Assembly (NCBI GenBank): GCA_963805625.1
Contig: CAWDVE010000019.1
Coordinates: forward strand, 256,001 to 320,000
DNA from: an uncultured Candidatus Rokubacteria bacterium
GTDB taxonomy: Bacteria; Methylomirabilota; Methylomirabilia; Rokubacteriales; DASRDR01
Reading direction: 5' to 3'
Length of the DNA: 64,000 nucleotides
Of the stretch, positions 19,426-29,173 are shown piece after piece; within the stretch, counting starts at the first letter, position 1, and the number at the start of each line of letters is the position of its first letter. The notes under the pieces were generated by a model, which ran no database searches, was not told where the DNA came from, and worked only from the letters and a program-made list of their open reading frames with translations. A program made the translations under genes and the position numbers.

Positions 19426-20454
19426 ATGCTCTTTCCCACCACGCTCGTCGGCAGCTATCCGCAGCCCGACTGGCTGATCGACCGCCAGCGCCTGGCCGGC
19501 CGCTTCCCGCCTCGCGTGCGGGCGCGCGAGCTCTGGCGAGTAGGGGAGCCCTGGCTCCGTGAGGCGCAGGACGACGCGACCCTTCTCGCGATCCGCGCAC
19601 AGGAGGCCGCGGGGCTCGACATCCTCACCGACGGCGAGATCCGGCGGGAGAGCTACTCGAATCGCTTCGCCACGGCGCTCGAGGGCGTCGACATCGACAA
19701 CCCGGGCACGGCACTGGACCGGTCGGGCCACCCTAACCCGGTGCCACGCATCGTGGGCCCCGTGCGCCGCCGGCACCCCGTCGAGGTGGAAGACGTCCGA
19801 TTCCTCCGCGCGCACACGACGAAGCAGATCAAGATGACCGTGCCGGGGCCGTTCACCATGAGCCAGCAGGCGCAGAACGACTACTATCCGAGCGAGGAGG
19901 CCGCGGCGATGGATTACGCCACGGCCGTGAACGAGGAGATCCGCGACCTCTTCGCCGCCGGCGCCGACATCGTCCAGATCGACGAGCCGTACATGCAGGC
20001 GCGGCCCGAGAAGGCGCGGCAATTCGGGCTCCGGGCGCTCAACCGCGCGCTCGAGGACGCCGGCGGCACGACGGCCGTCCACATCTGCTTCGGCTATGCG
20101 GCGATCATCCACCAGCGCCCGTCGGCATACTCGTTCCTGCCCGAGCTGGCCGGCTGCAGCTGCCGGCAGGTGTCGATCGAGACCGCGCAGTCCGGTCTCG
20201 ACTGCGCCATCCTGGCCGGGCTTCCCGGGAAGCAGATCATGCTGGGGTGCCTCGATCTGAGCGACACGGCCGTCGAGACGGCGGAGACCGTGGCTCAGCG
20301 CGTCAAGCGGGCGCTGCCCTACGTTCCCGCCGAGAACCTGATCCTGGCGCCGGACTGCGGGATGAAGTACCTGCCGCAGGACGTGGCGTTCGGCAAGATG
20401 CGGGCCATGGTGGCCGCGGCGAGAATGCTGCGGGCGGAGCTCGGCGCTCGGTGA
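19426..20454 (+). CDS. Cobalamin-independent methionine synthase II family (MetE C-terminal-domain-only) protein
   Basis: TTLVGSYP, DGEIRR, QIDEP, HICFG and PDCG Zn-ligand motifs. Confidence 0.9.
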   Translation: MLFPTTLVGSYPQPDWLIDRQRLAGRFPPRVRARELWRVGEPWLREAQDDATLLAIRAQEAAGLDILTDGEIRRESYSNRFATALEGVDIDNPGTALDRSGHPNPVPRIVGPVRRRHPVEVEDVRFLRAHTTKQIKMTVPGPFTMSQQAQNDYYPSEEAAAMDYATAVNEEIRDLFAAGADIVQIDEPYMQARPEKARQFGLRALNRALEDAGGTTAVHICFGYAAIIHQRPSAYSFLPELAGCSCRQVSIETAQSGLDCAILAGLPGKQIMLGCLDLSDTAVETAETVAQRVKRALPYVPAENLILAPDCGMKYLPQDVAFGKMRAMVAAARMLRAELGAR

Positions 20455-20533
20455 GCGAGCCGCCCGAGGGCGAGGCTTCCAACCGGGCGCATGTCCAGCC
20501 GGGGCCCGAGCGCCCCGCGATCCGGGAGATCCG

Positions 20534-21547
20534 ATGAGGATCGACGTCTTCCCCCACATCTTCCCCAAGCGCTTCTTCGACCGGATGTGCGAGGTGGTGT
20601 CGCCCTCGCAGTACATGCAGAAGCGGACGCGCGCGATTCCGGTGCTGACCGATCTCGACCTGCGCTTCCGGATCATGGACCGCTACGAGGGGTACGTGCA
20701 GGTGCTGACGCTGTGCTCGCCTCCGCTCGAGACGTACGCCGACCCGGAGCTGGCCGCCGACCTCGCGCGCCTCGCCAACGACGGCATGGCGGAGATCGTC
20801 GAGCGGCACCCCGACCGCTTCCCCGGCTTCGTGGCGTCGCTTCCGATGAACCACCCCGACGCGGCCGTGCGCGAGATCGACCGCGCCATCGACGAGCTCG
20901 GGGCGACGGGCGTCCAGATCTTCTCGAACGTGAACGGCGCGCCCCTCGACGCGCCCGAGTACCGGCCGGTCTTCGAGCGCATGGCCGCCCATCGCCTGCC
21001 GATCTGGCTGCACCCGGCCCGCCCGGTGTCGTTCGCGGACTACAAGGGCGAGTCGCGGTCCAGGTACGACATCTGGTGGGCCTTCGGCTGGCCCTACGAG
21101 ACCACCGCCGCCATGGCTCGGCTCGTCTTCGACGGCCTCTTCGAGCGCTGGCCGGACCTCCGGATCATCACGCACCATATGGGCGCGATGGTTCCGCACT
21201 TCGAGGGGCGGGCCGGATACGGGCTCGACCAGCTTGGGACTCGGACCGACGATCTCGACGACCTCGAGGCGGCGCGCCGGCTCACGGGCCGGCCGGTCGA
21301 CCACTTTCGAAAATTCTACGGCGACACCGCGCTCTTCGGCGCGTCCCACGCCATGGAGTGCGGGCTGGCGTTCTTCGGCGCCGACCACGTCCTCTTCGGC
21401 ACCGACATGCCCTTCGATCCCGAGCGCGGCCCTGGGTTCATCCGCGAGACGATCGCCGCCATGGAGCGGATGCGGGCGACCCCGGCGGAGAAGGCGCAGA
21501 TCTACGAGGGGAACGCCCGCCGGATGCTGCGGCTCCGGCTCTCCTGA
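20534..21547 (+). CDS. Amidohydrolase_2 family protein (ACMSD/LigW-like decarboxylase or hydratase)
   Basis: IDVFPH, IWLHP, ITHHMG, LFGTDMPFD motifs. Confidence 0.88.
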   Translation: MRIDVFPHIFPKRFFDRMCEVVSPSQYMQKRTRAIPVLTDLDLRFRIMDRYEGYVQVLTLCSPPLETYADPELAADLARLANDGMAEIVERHPDRFPGFVASLPMNHPDAAVREIDRAIDELGATGVQIFSNVNGAPLDAPEYRPVFERMAAHRLPIWLHPARPVSFADYKGESRSRYDIWWAFGWPYETTAAMARLVFDGLFERWPDLRIITHHMGAMVPHFEGRAGYGLDQLGTRTDDLDDLEAARRLTGRPVDHFRKFYGDTALFGASHAMECGLAFFGADHVLFGTDMPFDPERGPGFIRETIAAMERMRATPAEKAQIYEGNARRMLRLRLS

Positions 21548-21650
21548 TCGCGGGCGAGCCGGGGCTGCCGCGACACTGGTATGATCGGCTCATTCGCCGA
21601 CGTCGCGCGGGCCGCAGGCCGGAGCCGGCGCGACCAGATGGAGGGCCACG

Positions 21651-22562
21651 ATGCCGGTTCGATCTCTACTCCACTACGCCCTCGAGGTGCCCGACCAGAC
21701 GGTCGGGGAGACGTTCTACCGGACGTTCGGGCTCGTCGACCAGCCGGCGCGGGACGGCGCCGTGCACCTGCGCCCCGGCGATCTCGGGCGCACGTGCACG
21801 CTGCTCTACGGCGGACCGAGGAAGCGCCTCCATCACTTGGCGTTCGGCGCCCCCGGTGACCAGTACGAGGCGGTGCGGGAGTCGATCCGCCGCGCGGGCG
21901 TGCGCGAGGTCGATCCGCCGCGGGGCGCGCCCGACGGCGGGCTCTGGATCCGCGATCCGGACGGCCACCACGTGAACGTCCGCCCGGAGGGGAGCCAGGA
22001 TCCCCCGCCCGACCCGCCGCTCGCCGTCAACAGCCCGGGCCATATCCAGCGTCAGGTGGTGCGTGGCAGCCCCGACCGGAGCGCCCGGGCGGCGCCCCGG
22101 AAGCTCGGACACGTCCTTCTCTTCACCCCGGACGTCGATCGCCAGGTCGACTTCTACACCCGGGTGCTTGGCCTCAAGCTCTCCGACCGGGTGAAGAGCA
22201 TCATCGCCTTCACGCGCTGCACGACCGACCACCACAATCTGGCGTTCCTCACGTCCAAGGGGCCGGGATTCCACCACGCGTCGTTCCAGGTGGGTTCGGT
22301 GGACGAGATCGCGGTTGGCGCCGCCCGGATGCACGACGCGGGCTGGCAGAAGGGCTGGGGGCTCGGCCGCCACGTCATCGGGTCCAACTACTTCCATTAC
22401 ACGCGTGATCCCTGGGGGAGCTTCGCCGAGTACTACCACGACCTGGACTACATCCCGGAAGAGTGCGCCTGGGTCCCGCGCGACTTCCCGGAAGAGGACT
22501 CGCTCTATGTCTGGGGCCCGCCCTTGCCTCCGGAGTTCGTCGAGAACACCGAGCTCGCCTGA
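21651..22562 (+). CDS. VOC family protein, extradiol dioxygenase-like
   Basis: Two VOC modules; LGHVLL, DHHNL, FHHASF, GLGRHVIGSNYFHY, DPWGSFAEY motifs. Confidence 0.88.
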   Translation: MPVRSLLHYALEVPDQTVGETFYRTFGLVDQPARDGAVHLRPGDLGRTCTLLYGGPRKRLHHLAFGAPGDQYEAVRESIRRAGVREVDPPRGAPDGGLWIRDPDGHHVNVRPEGSQDPPPDPPLAVNSPGHIQRQVVRGSPDRSARAAPRKLGHVLLFTPDVDRQVDFYTRVLGLKLSDRVKSIIAFTRCTTDHHNLAFLTSKGPGFHHASFQVGSVDEIAVGAARMHDAGWQKGWGLGRHVIGSNYFHYTRDPWGSFAEYYHDLDYIPEECAWVPRDFPEEDSLYVWGPPLPPEFVENTELA

Positions 22563-22572
22563 GGGACGCCGG

Positions 22573-23289
22573 GTGGCGCGCTGGCTCGCCGCGCTCCTCC
22601 TTAGCCTGTCAGCCGCCGCCGTGTCGGCGGAGCCGGTCACGGACGGCTTCGAAACCGAGACGCTCGGGCCCCTCTGGAACCCGCGCTTCGTGACCCCGGG
22701 GCGGGTGTCCGTGCAGCGCGAGCTGGTCCACTCCGGGGCCGCTGCCCTCCGGGTCGAGATCCACGAGGGCGACGTCCCGATGGTGGGATCCGACGGCGCG
22801 GAGAGCGAGCGGACGGAGGTCGAGGAAGCGGACGGGCTGAACCCCCGGTTCGGAGAGACCCACGAGTACGCGTTCAGCATGTACGTGCCGGCCGACTTCC
22901 CGATCGTCGACACGCGGCTCGTCACCGCACAGTGGCACCAGCGCTGCCTCGTCTGCCTGAAGCGCAGCCCGATCGTGGCGCAGCGCTTCCGTCGCGGCGT
23001 CGTCACCATCACGGTCGACTCCGTGGCCGGCCGCACCACGGTTTACCGGCACCCCAAGCCGATCCGGGGCCAGTGGGTCGATCTTCGCTACCGCATCCGG
23101 TTCGGGCTCACCGACGGCGCCGTCGCCGTCTGGCTGGACGGTCTCCCCGTCGTCGATTACACCGGGCCGCTCGGCTATCCGGACGACGCTCCCGACGTGG
23201 ACTTCCGGTTCGGTCTCTACCGGGACCGGATGGCGACGCCGATGGTCATCTACTTCGACGACTACCGGAAGGAGCGCCTGATCCCGTAG
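22573..23289 (+). CDS. Secreted polysaccharide-lyase-like (heparin lyase I / Polysacc_lyase) protein
   Basis: Signal peptide; ERTE, YAFSMYVP, QWHQ, FRFGLYR, IYFDDY motifs. Confidence 0.75.
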   Translation: MARWLAALLLSLSAAAVSAEPVTDGFETETLGPLWNPRFVTPGRVSVQRELVHSGAAALRVEIHEGDVPMVGSDGAESERTEVEEADGLNPRFGETHEYAFSMYVPADFPIVDTRLVTAQWHQRCLVCLKRSPIVAQRFRRGVVTITVDSVAGRTTVYRHPKPIRGQWVDLRYRIRFGLTDGAVAVWLDGLPVVDYTGPLGYPDDAPDVDFRFGLYRDRMATPMVIYFDDYRKERLIP

Positions 23290-24009
23290 CCGTCGCGGCC
23301 GGTGGCGGCTGCAGCGCGTCGATCACCCGAAGGAAGCCCTCGATGGCCAACTCGAGTCCCGCGACCTCACGACGATTTTGGAGGTCAGCCTGGGCTTCGA
23401 CGAGTTCCAGGGGGGAGGATCGGCGTGGACCAAGGCGCAGTGGCTCGTTCCGGGTGGCGGGGCCCTGGCTCAGCTTCTCGAGTTCAGCCCGGTTCGGCAC
23501 GCCCGTGCGCCGCTGGTTCACGCAGGTCGATCTGGCCCGTCTCGCGCCGCGCTACCGGTGGAGCGCGCTGGTCGTGGGCGGGAGCAGCCTCGCCGCGGGA
23601 ACCCCGCTGCCCCTGCCGGAGCATGCGCCGCTCGAGGATCCGTCGGCCATCGTTCACGGTTCTCCATGAGGGCGCCGTTCCCCATCTGTTCACCCGCGGA
23701 CCTTGAGGCTGTCGCCGGGGCCTTCCTGACTGCGATCGGCGCCGGCTCCCCGGCCGAGCAGGGCATGACCCTGGCTTGGCGGAACGCACGGTTTCTCGGA
23801 GTAAAGCGGCGAACGCCGGTGGTCCTGCCATCGGGGAAGATCCGCCCGATCCACCTTCTCTCGGGCCTTGCTGCCCATTCGGATGGCGGTAAGCCTCGAT
23901 GAAGCCGTGATGCGCGGGCGCCGCGTCCATCCCTTGCCGTGCGGAACACGAGAGGGCGGGATGGGCGGGGGCGTGGTGTGACCCGACGGCCGCTCGTATA
24001 CTGCGCCGC

Positions 24010-25248
24010 ATGCCCGAATTCACCTGGCTGCGCCTGGTCGCGCTGGTCGCCTTCGTAGGTACGTACCTGGGCCTTGCCCTCGGCCGCCTCCCGGGCTTCC
24101 GCGTGGACCGGACGGGCGTGGCCATCATCGGCGCGACGGTGATGGTGGTCGCCGGAGTGCTGCCCTGGGACAAGGCGGTCGCCGCCGTCGACGCCCACAC
24201 GCTCGTGCTCCTCTTCGGCATGATGATCGTCGCGGCGTACCTCAGGCTCTCCGGGTTCTTCCACCTGGTGACGCACTGGGCGGTCCGGCACGCACGAGGC
24301 CCCGTCGGGCTCCTGGCGGTGGTCGCCCTGGCGGCGGGTGTCCTCTCGGCGCTCTTCGTCAACGACGTGATCTGTCTCGTCCTCGCGCCGGTCGTGCTGG
24401 CAGTGGTGCGGCAGCTCCGGCTGCCGCCGGTGCCGTACCTCCTGGTTCTCGCGACGGCCGCCAACGTCGGGAGCGTCGCCACCCTGACCGGCAATCCCCA
24501 GAACATGCTCATCGGCAGCTTCTCGGGAATCAGCTACCGCGCGTTCCTCGCCCGCGAGGCCCCGGTGGCCTTGGTCGGTCTCGCGTGCGTCGTCGCGGTG
24601 CTCTGGCTCGTCTATCGGCGTCAGCTGCCGGCCGCGCTGCCTCCCGTGAACCTGGCCGCCAACTTCCCGATCCACGCCGCGCTCATGACGAAGACGATCG
24701 TGGCGGTGTGCGTCATGCTCGTCGCGTTCTTTGCCGGCGTGCCGATCGCGCTCGTCGCGGTCGGCGGGGCGGCCGTGTGCCTCCTCACGAGGCGGGTCAA
24801 GCCCGAGAAGGTCTACCGCGAGATCGACTGGCACCTCCTGGTCCTGTTCGTCGGGCTGTTCGTCATCATCGGGGGAGTCGAGGAGGCGCGGCTGACCGAC
24901 TATCTCTTCGGCCTGGCGGGCCGGTTCGCCCTGTACCGGCCGGCCGTGCTCACGGTCGTCACGGCCATCCTCTCGAACCTCGTCTCGAACGTGCCTGCGG
25001 TGCTCCTGTTCAAGACCGTGGTCCCGGGCTTCGGGGAGCCCGCACGAGCGTGGCTCATCCTGGCGATGGCGTCCACCCTCGCGGGCAACCTCACCATCAT
25101 CGGCTCGGTCGCCAACCTGATCGTGGTCGAGGCCGCGCGCCAGGAGCGCATCACGATCGGGTTCTGGGAGTACGCGCGGGTGGGCATCCCCGTCACGCTG
25201 GTGACGCTGGTCTTCGGCTGGGCCATCCTCGTCCTGCTTCCGGCCTAG
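24010..25248 (+). CDS. ArsB/NhaD-superfamily anion transporter (YbiR-like)
   Basis: Many TM helices; SALFVND, TLTGNPQN, LVSNVPA, GNLTIIGSVANLIV motifs. Confidence 0.9.
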   Translation: MPEFTWLRLVALVAFVGTYLGLALGRLPGFRVDRTGVAIIGATVMVVAGVLPWDKAVAAVDAHTLVLLFGMMIVAAYLRLSGFFHLVTHWAVRHARGPVGLLAVVALAAGVLSALFVNDVICLVLAPVVLAVVRQLRLPPVPYLLVLATAANVGSVATLTGNPQNMLIGSFSGISYRAFLAREAPVALVGLACVVAVLWLVYRRQLPAALPPVNLAANFPIHAALMTKTIVAVCVMLVAFFAGVPIALVAVGGAAVCLLTRRVKPEKVYREIDWHLLVLFVGLFVIIGGVEEARLTDYLFGLAGRFALYRPAVLTVVTAILSNLVSNVPAVLLFKTVVPGFGEPARAWLILAMASTLAGNLTIIGSVANLIVVEAARQERITIGFWEYARVGIPVTLVTLVFGWAILVLLPA

Positions 25249-25341
25249 CAGGAGGCTTCCGGGCCGTTCTGTCCCGGGTCCCGGAGGGGTCTTTCGGGGA
25301 GCCGATCGGGAAGGGTTGCCGGGAAACTTGCTTTCGGACGG

Positions 25342-26487
25342 CTACGGCCAGAACTCGCGCGAGGCCAGACGGGCGCCCTCCGCGAGGCTGGCCAGCTTCG
25401 CCCATACGACGCCCGGATCCACCGCGGCCTGGCCAACCCACGTGCCGTAGCCGCAGTCGGTGCCGGCGATGACGTTCTCCCGGCCGACCAGCTTCGCGTA
25501 GCGGCCGATCCGTTGGGCCACCAGCTCGGGGTGCTCGATGTAGTTCGTCTTGGACTCGAGCACGCCGGGGATGAGGATCTTGCCCTCGGGGAGCCGCACG
25601 CGCTCGAAGAGCCGCCACTCGTGCGCGTGGCGCGGATTGGCGGCCTCGAACGAGACGCCGCTGGGCCGGGCCGCGAAGACGATGTCGACGATGTCCTCGA
25701 GCGGCACGTCGTGGTGGTGGGGCCCCTCGTAGTTGCCCCAGCACACGTGCATACGCACTCGGTCTGCCGGCACGCCGGCGAGGGCTTGGTTGAGCGCCTC
25801 GACGTGGAGGCGCGCCATCCGCCGGAACTCCTCGAGGCTCAGGGCGGCGAACTGGATGTGCCGTCCCATGGCGAGATCCGGGCAGTCCACCTGGAGCAGG
25901 AGCCCCGCACGTACCACCGCCTCGTACTCGTGCCGCATGGCGTCCGCGATGGCGAAGAGGTAGGCCTCGTGGCTCGGGTAGTGGTCGTTCCGGAAGAAGA
26001 GAGAGATCACCCCCGGCGAGGCCGCCGTCAGGAACGCTTCCGTGGCCTGGACGGAGGCGAGCGCCGCCTTGAGATTCTCGGCGTCGGTCTCGGCCGCCCG
26101 CGCGTCGCGCACGGCGATCGGCCCATTGCAGGCCGGGGTCCGGCGCCGGGATCGCCCGGGATCGCCGAAGACGCGCTTGGCCAGCTCCGGGAAGTCCACG
26201 AGGTCCCGGTACTGGAGCGGCTGGCTCGTGCCACCGAACCCGGCCAGGCGATCCTTCACGTAGGTGGCGTAGCTCGGCTTGCTGAGCTCACCGTCGTCGA
26301 TCACGTCCACGCCCGCGTCCGCCTGCTTCCGCACGACCTCGGCCACCGCAGTCCGGGTGCGCGCCGCGAGGGCGGCGCCGTCGATCGGCACCCCTTCCTC
26401 CCGAGCGAACATCGCCCGCACCAGGTCGTCGGGCCGCGGCAGGCTGCCGGTGTGCGTGGTGAGGAACCGATCGCGGCTCTGTCTCAT
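25342..26487 (-). CDS. Cobalamin-independent methionine synthase II family protein (epoxyalkane:CoM transferase-like subgroup)
   Basis: TTHTGSLPRP, HVCWGNYEGPH, EAANPRH, TDCG motifs. Confidence 0.9.
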   Translation of the reverse strand: MRQSRDRFLTTHTGSLPRPDDLVRAMFAREEGVPIDGAALAARTRTAVAEVVRKQADAGVDVIDDGELSKPSYATYVKDRLAGFGGTSQPLQYRDLVDFPELAKRVFGDPGRSRRRTPACNGPIAVRDARAAETDAENLKAALASVQATEAFLTAASPGVISLFFRNDHYPSHEAYLFAIADAMRHEYEAVVRAGLLLQVDCPDLAMGRHIQFAALSLEEFRRMARLHVEALNQALAGVPADRVRMHVCWGNYEGPHHHDVPLEDIVDIVFAARPSGVSFEAANPRHAHEWRLFERVRLPEGKILIPGVLESKTNYIEHPELVAQRIGRYAKLVGRENVIAGTDCGYGTWVGQAAVDPGVVWAKLASLAEGARLASREFWP

Positions 26488-26794
26488 GCGAAGCACCGGT
26501 CGGCGGCGGGGAGCGGCGTCTCGGCGGGCCGAGACCTTCCCCGGAGAGGGAGAGACGCGGGCCAGGCCCGCGGTGGAGACGGAGCAGTGATGGGCGGACA
26601 AATGATCATCGCGTGGCGTCAGTGGGATTCGACCAGGTGGCTAGGCTACCATGCAAGGCCTTCCCCTGCGCGCCGTCGCTGGTATAGAGTCGTGCCGCAC
26701 CCGCCGATCACAGGCTGCCGCGTCCGCCACAGGCCGAGGGCCGTTTGACGGCCGCAGGCGCGAGGCGCGCCGGCCGAGCCAAGGGAGGCTAGCC

Positions 26795-28003
26795 ATGACG
26801 CTCTCATCCCGGATGCTGGGCACGCTCGCCGTCGTCCTGCTGGTCGCGGCGGCCGTGCCTGTTGCCGGCCTGGCCGCTCCGGCCGGGCCGCCGGTCCGCA
26901 TCGGGAGCTCGCTCGCCCTCACGGGCCCCTTGGCGGCGACGGCGCTCGTGCACAAGATCACGGGCGAGATCTACGTCGACGAGCTGAACCGGAAGAACGG
27001 GCTCCTCGGCCGGCCGGTCGAGTGGGTCCTGCTCGACGACCAGTCCAGGCCCGATCTTGCCCGCACGCTCTACGAGCGCCTGATCACGGTGGACAAGGTC
27101 GATCTCCTCATCGGGCCGTACGCCACCGGTTCGATCCTCTCGGCCATGGGGGTCGCGCAGCGCTACGACAAGCTCCTGGTGCACCACACCTTCGGCATGC
27201 CGCACCTCGCGAAGTACGAGCGCCAGTTCCCCGCGTGGGCGCTCGGCCCGGAGCCCGGCCGCACGTTCCCGAACCTCCTGTTCGACGCGCTGGCCGCCTC
27301 GTCCAAGCCGCCCCAGACGATCGCGATCGTGACCGACAAGTTCCCGTCGGTGCACTTCGTGTCGACGGGCGCTCGCGAAGTGGCGCAGAAACGGGGCCTG
27401 CGAGAGGCCCTGTACCTCGAGTTCGAGTTCGGCACCCGGGACTTCGGGCCAATCGCCGCGCGGATCAAGGACGCCAACCCCGACTTCCTGTGGGTGGGCG
27501 CGATCGGGCTCGACGGAAACCAGATCCTGGACGCGCTGAAGAAGATCGACTACACACCGAAGCGCCACTTCTACCTCTACCCGGCCCCCGGCCCGCTCGC
27601 CAAGGCGCCCGAGGGCAAGGGCGCGCTGTCCACCACCGTCTTCGAGGAGCACCCCCCGTTCACCAACGGCGCTGCGGCGATGGAGTTCGTGAAGCTCTTC
27701 CGCGAGCGGGCGACCAAGGCCGGGCTGCCCTACACGGTTGTCGACGTTCAGGCGGCCGCGTCGTACACGGCGTGGCAGCTGCTGGAGATCTCCGTGACGG
27801 CCACCAAGAGCCTGGACGACAAGGTGCTGGCGCAGTGGCTCAAGGCGAACCGGCCCGACACCATCATCGGCAAGCTCCGCTTCGATGGGCCCAACAACTA
27901 CGGAGACGACCTGTCCAAGGTGAAGCAGGTGCAGGACGGGCGGTGGCTGGTGGTGTGGCCGAAGGAGTACGCCGCACCCGGAGCCACGCTCCTCGTCCCG
28001 TGA
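26795..28003 (+). CDS. Branched-chain amino acid-type ABC substrate-binding protein
   Basis: RIGSSLALTGP, GLLGRPVE, DKVDLLIGPY motifs; GGGAGG RBS. Confidence 0.9.
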   Translation: MTLSSRMLGTLAVVLLVAAAVPVAGLAAPAGPPVRIGSSLALTGPLAATALVHKITGEIYVDELNRKNGLLGRPVEWVLLDDQSRPDLARTLYERLITVDKVDLLIGPYATGSILSAMGVAQRYDKLLVHHTFGMPHLAKYERQFPAWALGPEPGRTFPNLLFDALAASSKPPQTIAIVTDKFPSVHFVSTGAREVAQKRGLREALYLEFEFGTRDFGPIAARIKDANPDFLWVGAIGLDGNQILDALKKIDYTPKRHFYLYPAPGPLAKAPEGKGALSTTVFEEHPPFTNGAAAMEFVKLFRERATKAGLPYTVVDVQAAASYTAWQLLEISVTATKSLDDKVLAQWLKANRPDTIIGKLRFDGPNNYGDDLSKVKQVQDGRWLVVWPKEYAAPGATLLVP

Positions 28004-28229
28004 CCGGGGCGATACGCGTCGCATCCCGTCGTCTGTCATCCCGGCCGGGATGCGTTCGGCCTACGGCCTCCCGGCCATCCCGGCCTCTGGGGGCCGCGGC
28101 CGGCCTCCCAGCAGGGCGCGACGTCGCGGAAGCCGCAGGCTGGAGCCGTCGCGCCCAGATGATCAGTTGCGGCATACGCCTCGGCTCGCCGCGGCCCTGC
28201 GTCCTAGGGCTGCTCGCGTCTCGCCCCGG
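28004..28229. mobile_element. MITE-like non-autonomous element
   Basis: Terminal inverted repeats CCGGGGCGATACGCG and CGCGTCTCGCCCCGG (14/15 match), flanked on both sides by TGA; internal hairpin GCATCCCG...CGGGATGC. Confidence 0.6.
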
Positions 28230-28320
28230 TGACCCGATCGCGACGACCGTTCGTGAAGACTCGAGGTTCGCGCGCGATATCCCGGTGAGTCGCACGGCGG
28301 GCTGATCCGCCCAGCACTCC

Positions 28321-29172
28321 GTGCCGAGTTTCACGCTCCTCGCGCAGTCGGTCCTGTCCGGGATCTTCGTCGGCGGCCTCTACGGCCTCCTCGGTCTCGG
28401 GCTCAGCCTGTCCTGGGGCCTCCTGCGCCTCATCAACCTCGCCCACTTCGCGCTCGCCTTCCTGGGCGCGTACCTGACGTACACGCTCTCGTCGACCTTC
28501 GGCTTCGACCCCTTCTGGAGCCTCGCGCTCGTGCTGCCCGCGTTCTTCGGGATCGGCATCCTCAGCCAGCTGCTCTTCGCCCGCTTCGGCGTCACCCAGT
28601 TCGGCTCCCTGCTCGTCACGTTCGGCCTGACGGTGATGATCGAGAGCCTGATCCAGTGGATCTGGACGGCCGACTACCGCCGGCTGGAGACGGCGTACGG
28701 CACGGCATCGTGGCGCGTGGGGTCCCTCTTCGTCCCGAAGGCCGAGCTACTTGCCCTTATCGCCGCCACGGCCCTGGCCGGCCTCACCTGGGCGTGGCTC
28801 CGCTACACGTGGGTGGGGAAGGGGCTCCGGGCCTGCGCGGAGGACGCGCAGATTGCCGCCGCGTTCGGGGTGAACCACCGACGCCTGGCTCTCGTGCTCT
28901 CGGGTCTCGGCGCCGCCTTCGCCGGCGTGGCCGGCGCCTTCGTGGCGCTGATCTACACGCTGGCGCCCGCCCAGATCTACGCCTGGATCGGCGTGGTCTT
29001 CGCGGCGGTGATCCTCGGCGGGCTCGGGAACCCCCTGGGCCCGCTCCTGGCCGGGGTCGTGATCGGCGTCACGGAGGCGCTCACCATGGCGCTGACCGCC
29101 CCCGCGTGGGCCCCGCTCGTCTCCTTCACGCTGCTCATCCTCGTGCTCCTGCTGCGTCCGGACCGGGTGTAG
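28321..29172 (+). CDS. LivH-like branched-chain amino acid ABC permease
   Basis: GLSLSWG...INLAH, GLRACAED, ILGGLG motifs. Confidence 0.9.
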   Translation: MPSFTLLAQSVLSGIFVGGLYGLLGLGLSLSWGLLRLINLAHFALAFLGAYLTYTLSSTFGFDPFWSLALVLPAFFGIGILSQLLFARFGVTQFGSLLVTFGLTVMIESLIQWIWTADYRRLETAYGTASWRVGSLFVPKAELLALIAATALAGLTWAWLRYTWVGKGLRACAEDAQIAAAFGVNHRRLALVLSGLGAAFAGVAGAFVALIYTLAPAQIYAWIGVVFAAVILGGLGNPLGPLLAGVVIGVTEALTMALTAPAWAPLVSFTLLILVLLLRPDRV

Positions 29173-29173
29173 C

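Noticed and set aside
23290-24009. About 720 bp containing several short ORFs
   Set aside because: No recognisable motif, RBS or repeat in any frame; left unannotated.
24010-25248. Calling this transporter arsB
   Set aside because: Only superfamily-level similarity (YbiR-like), and it lies about 17 kb from the ars island.
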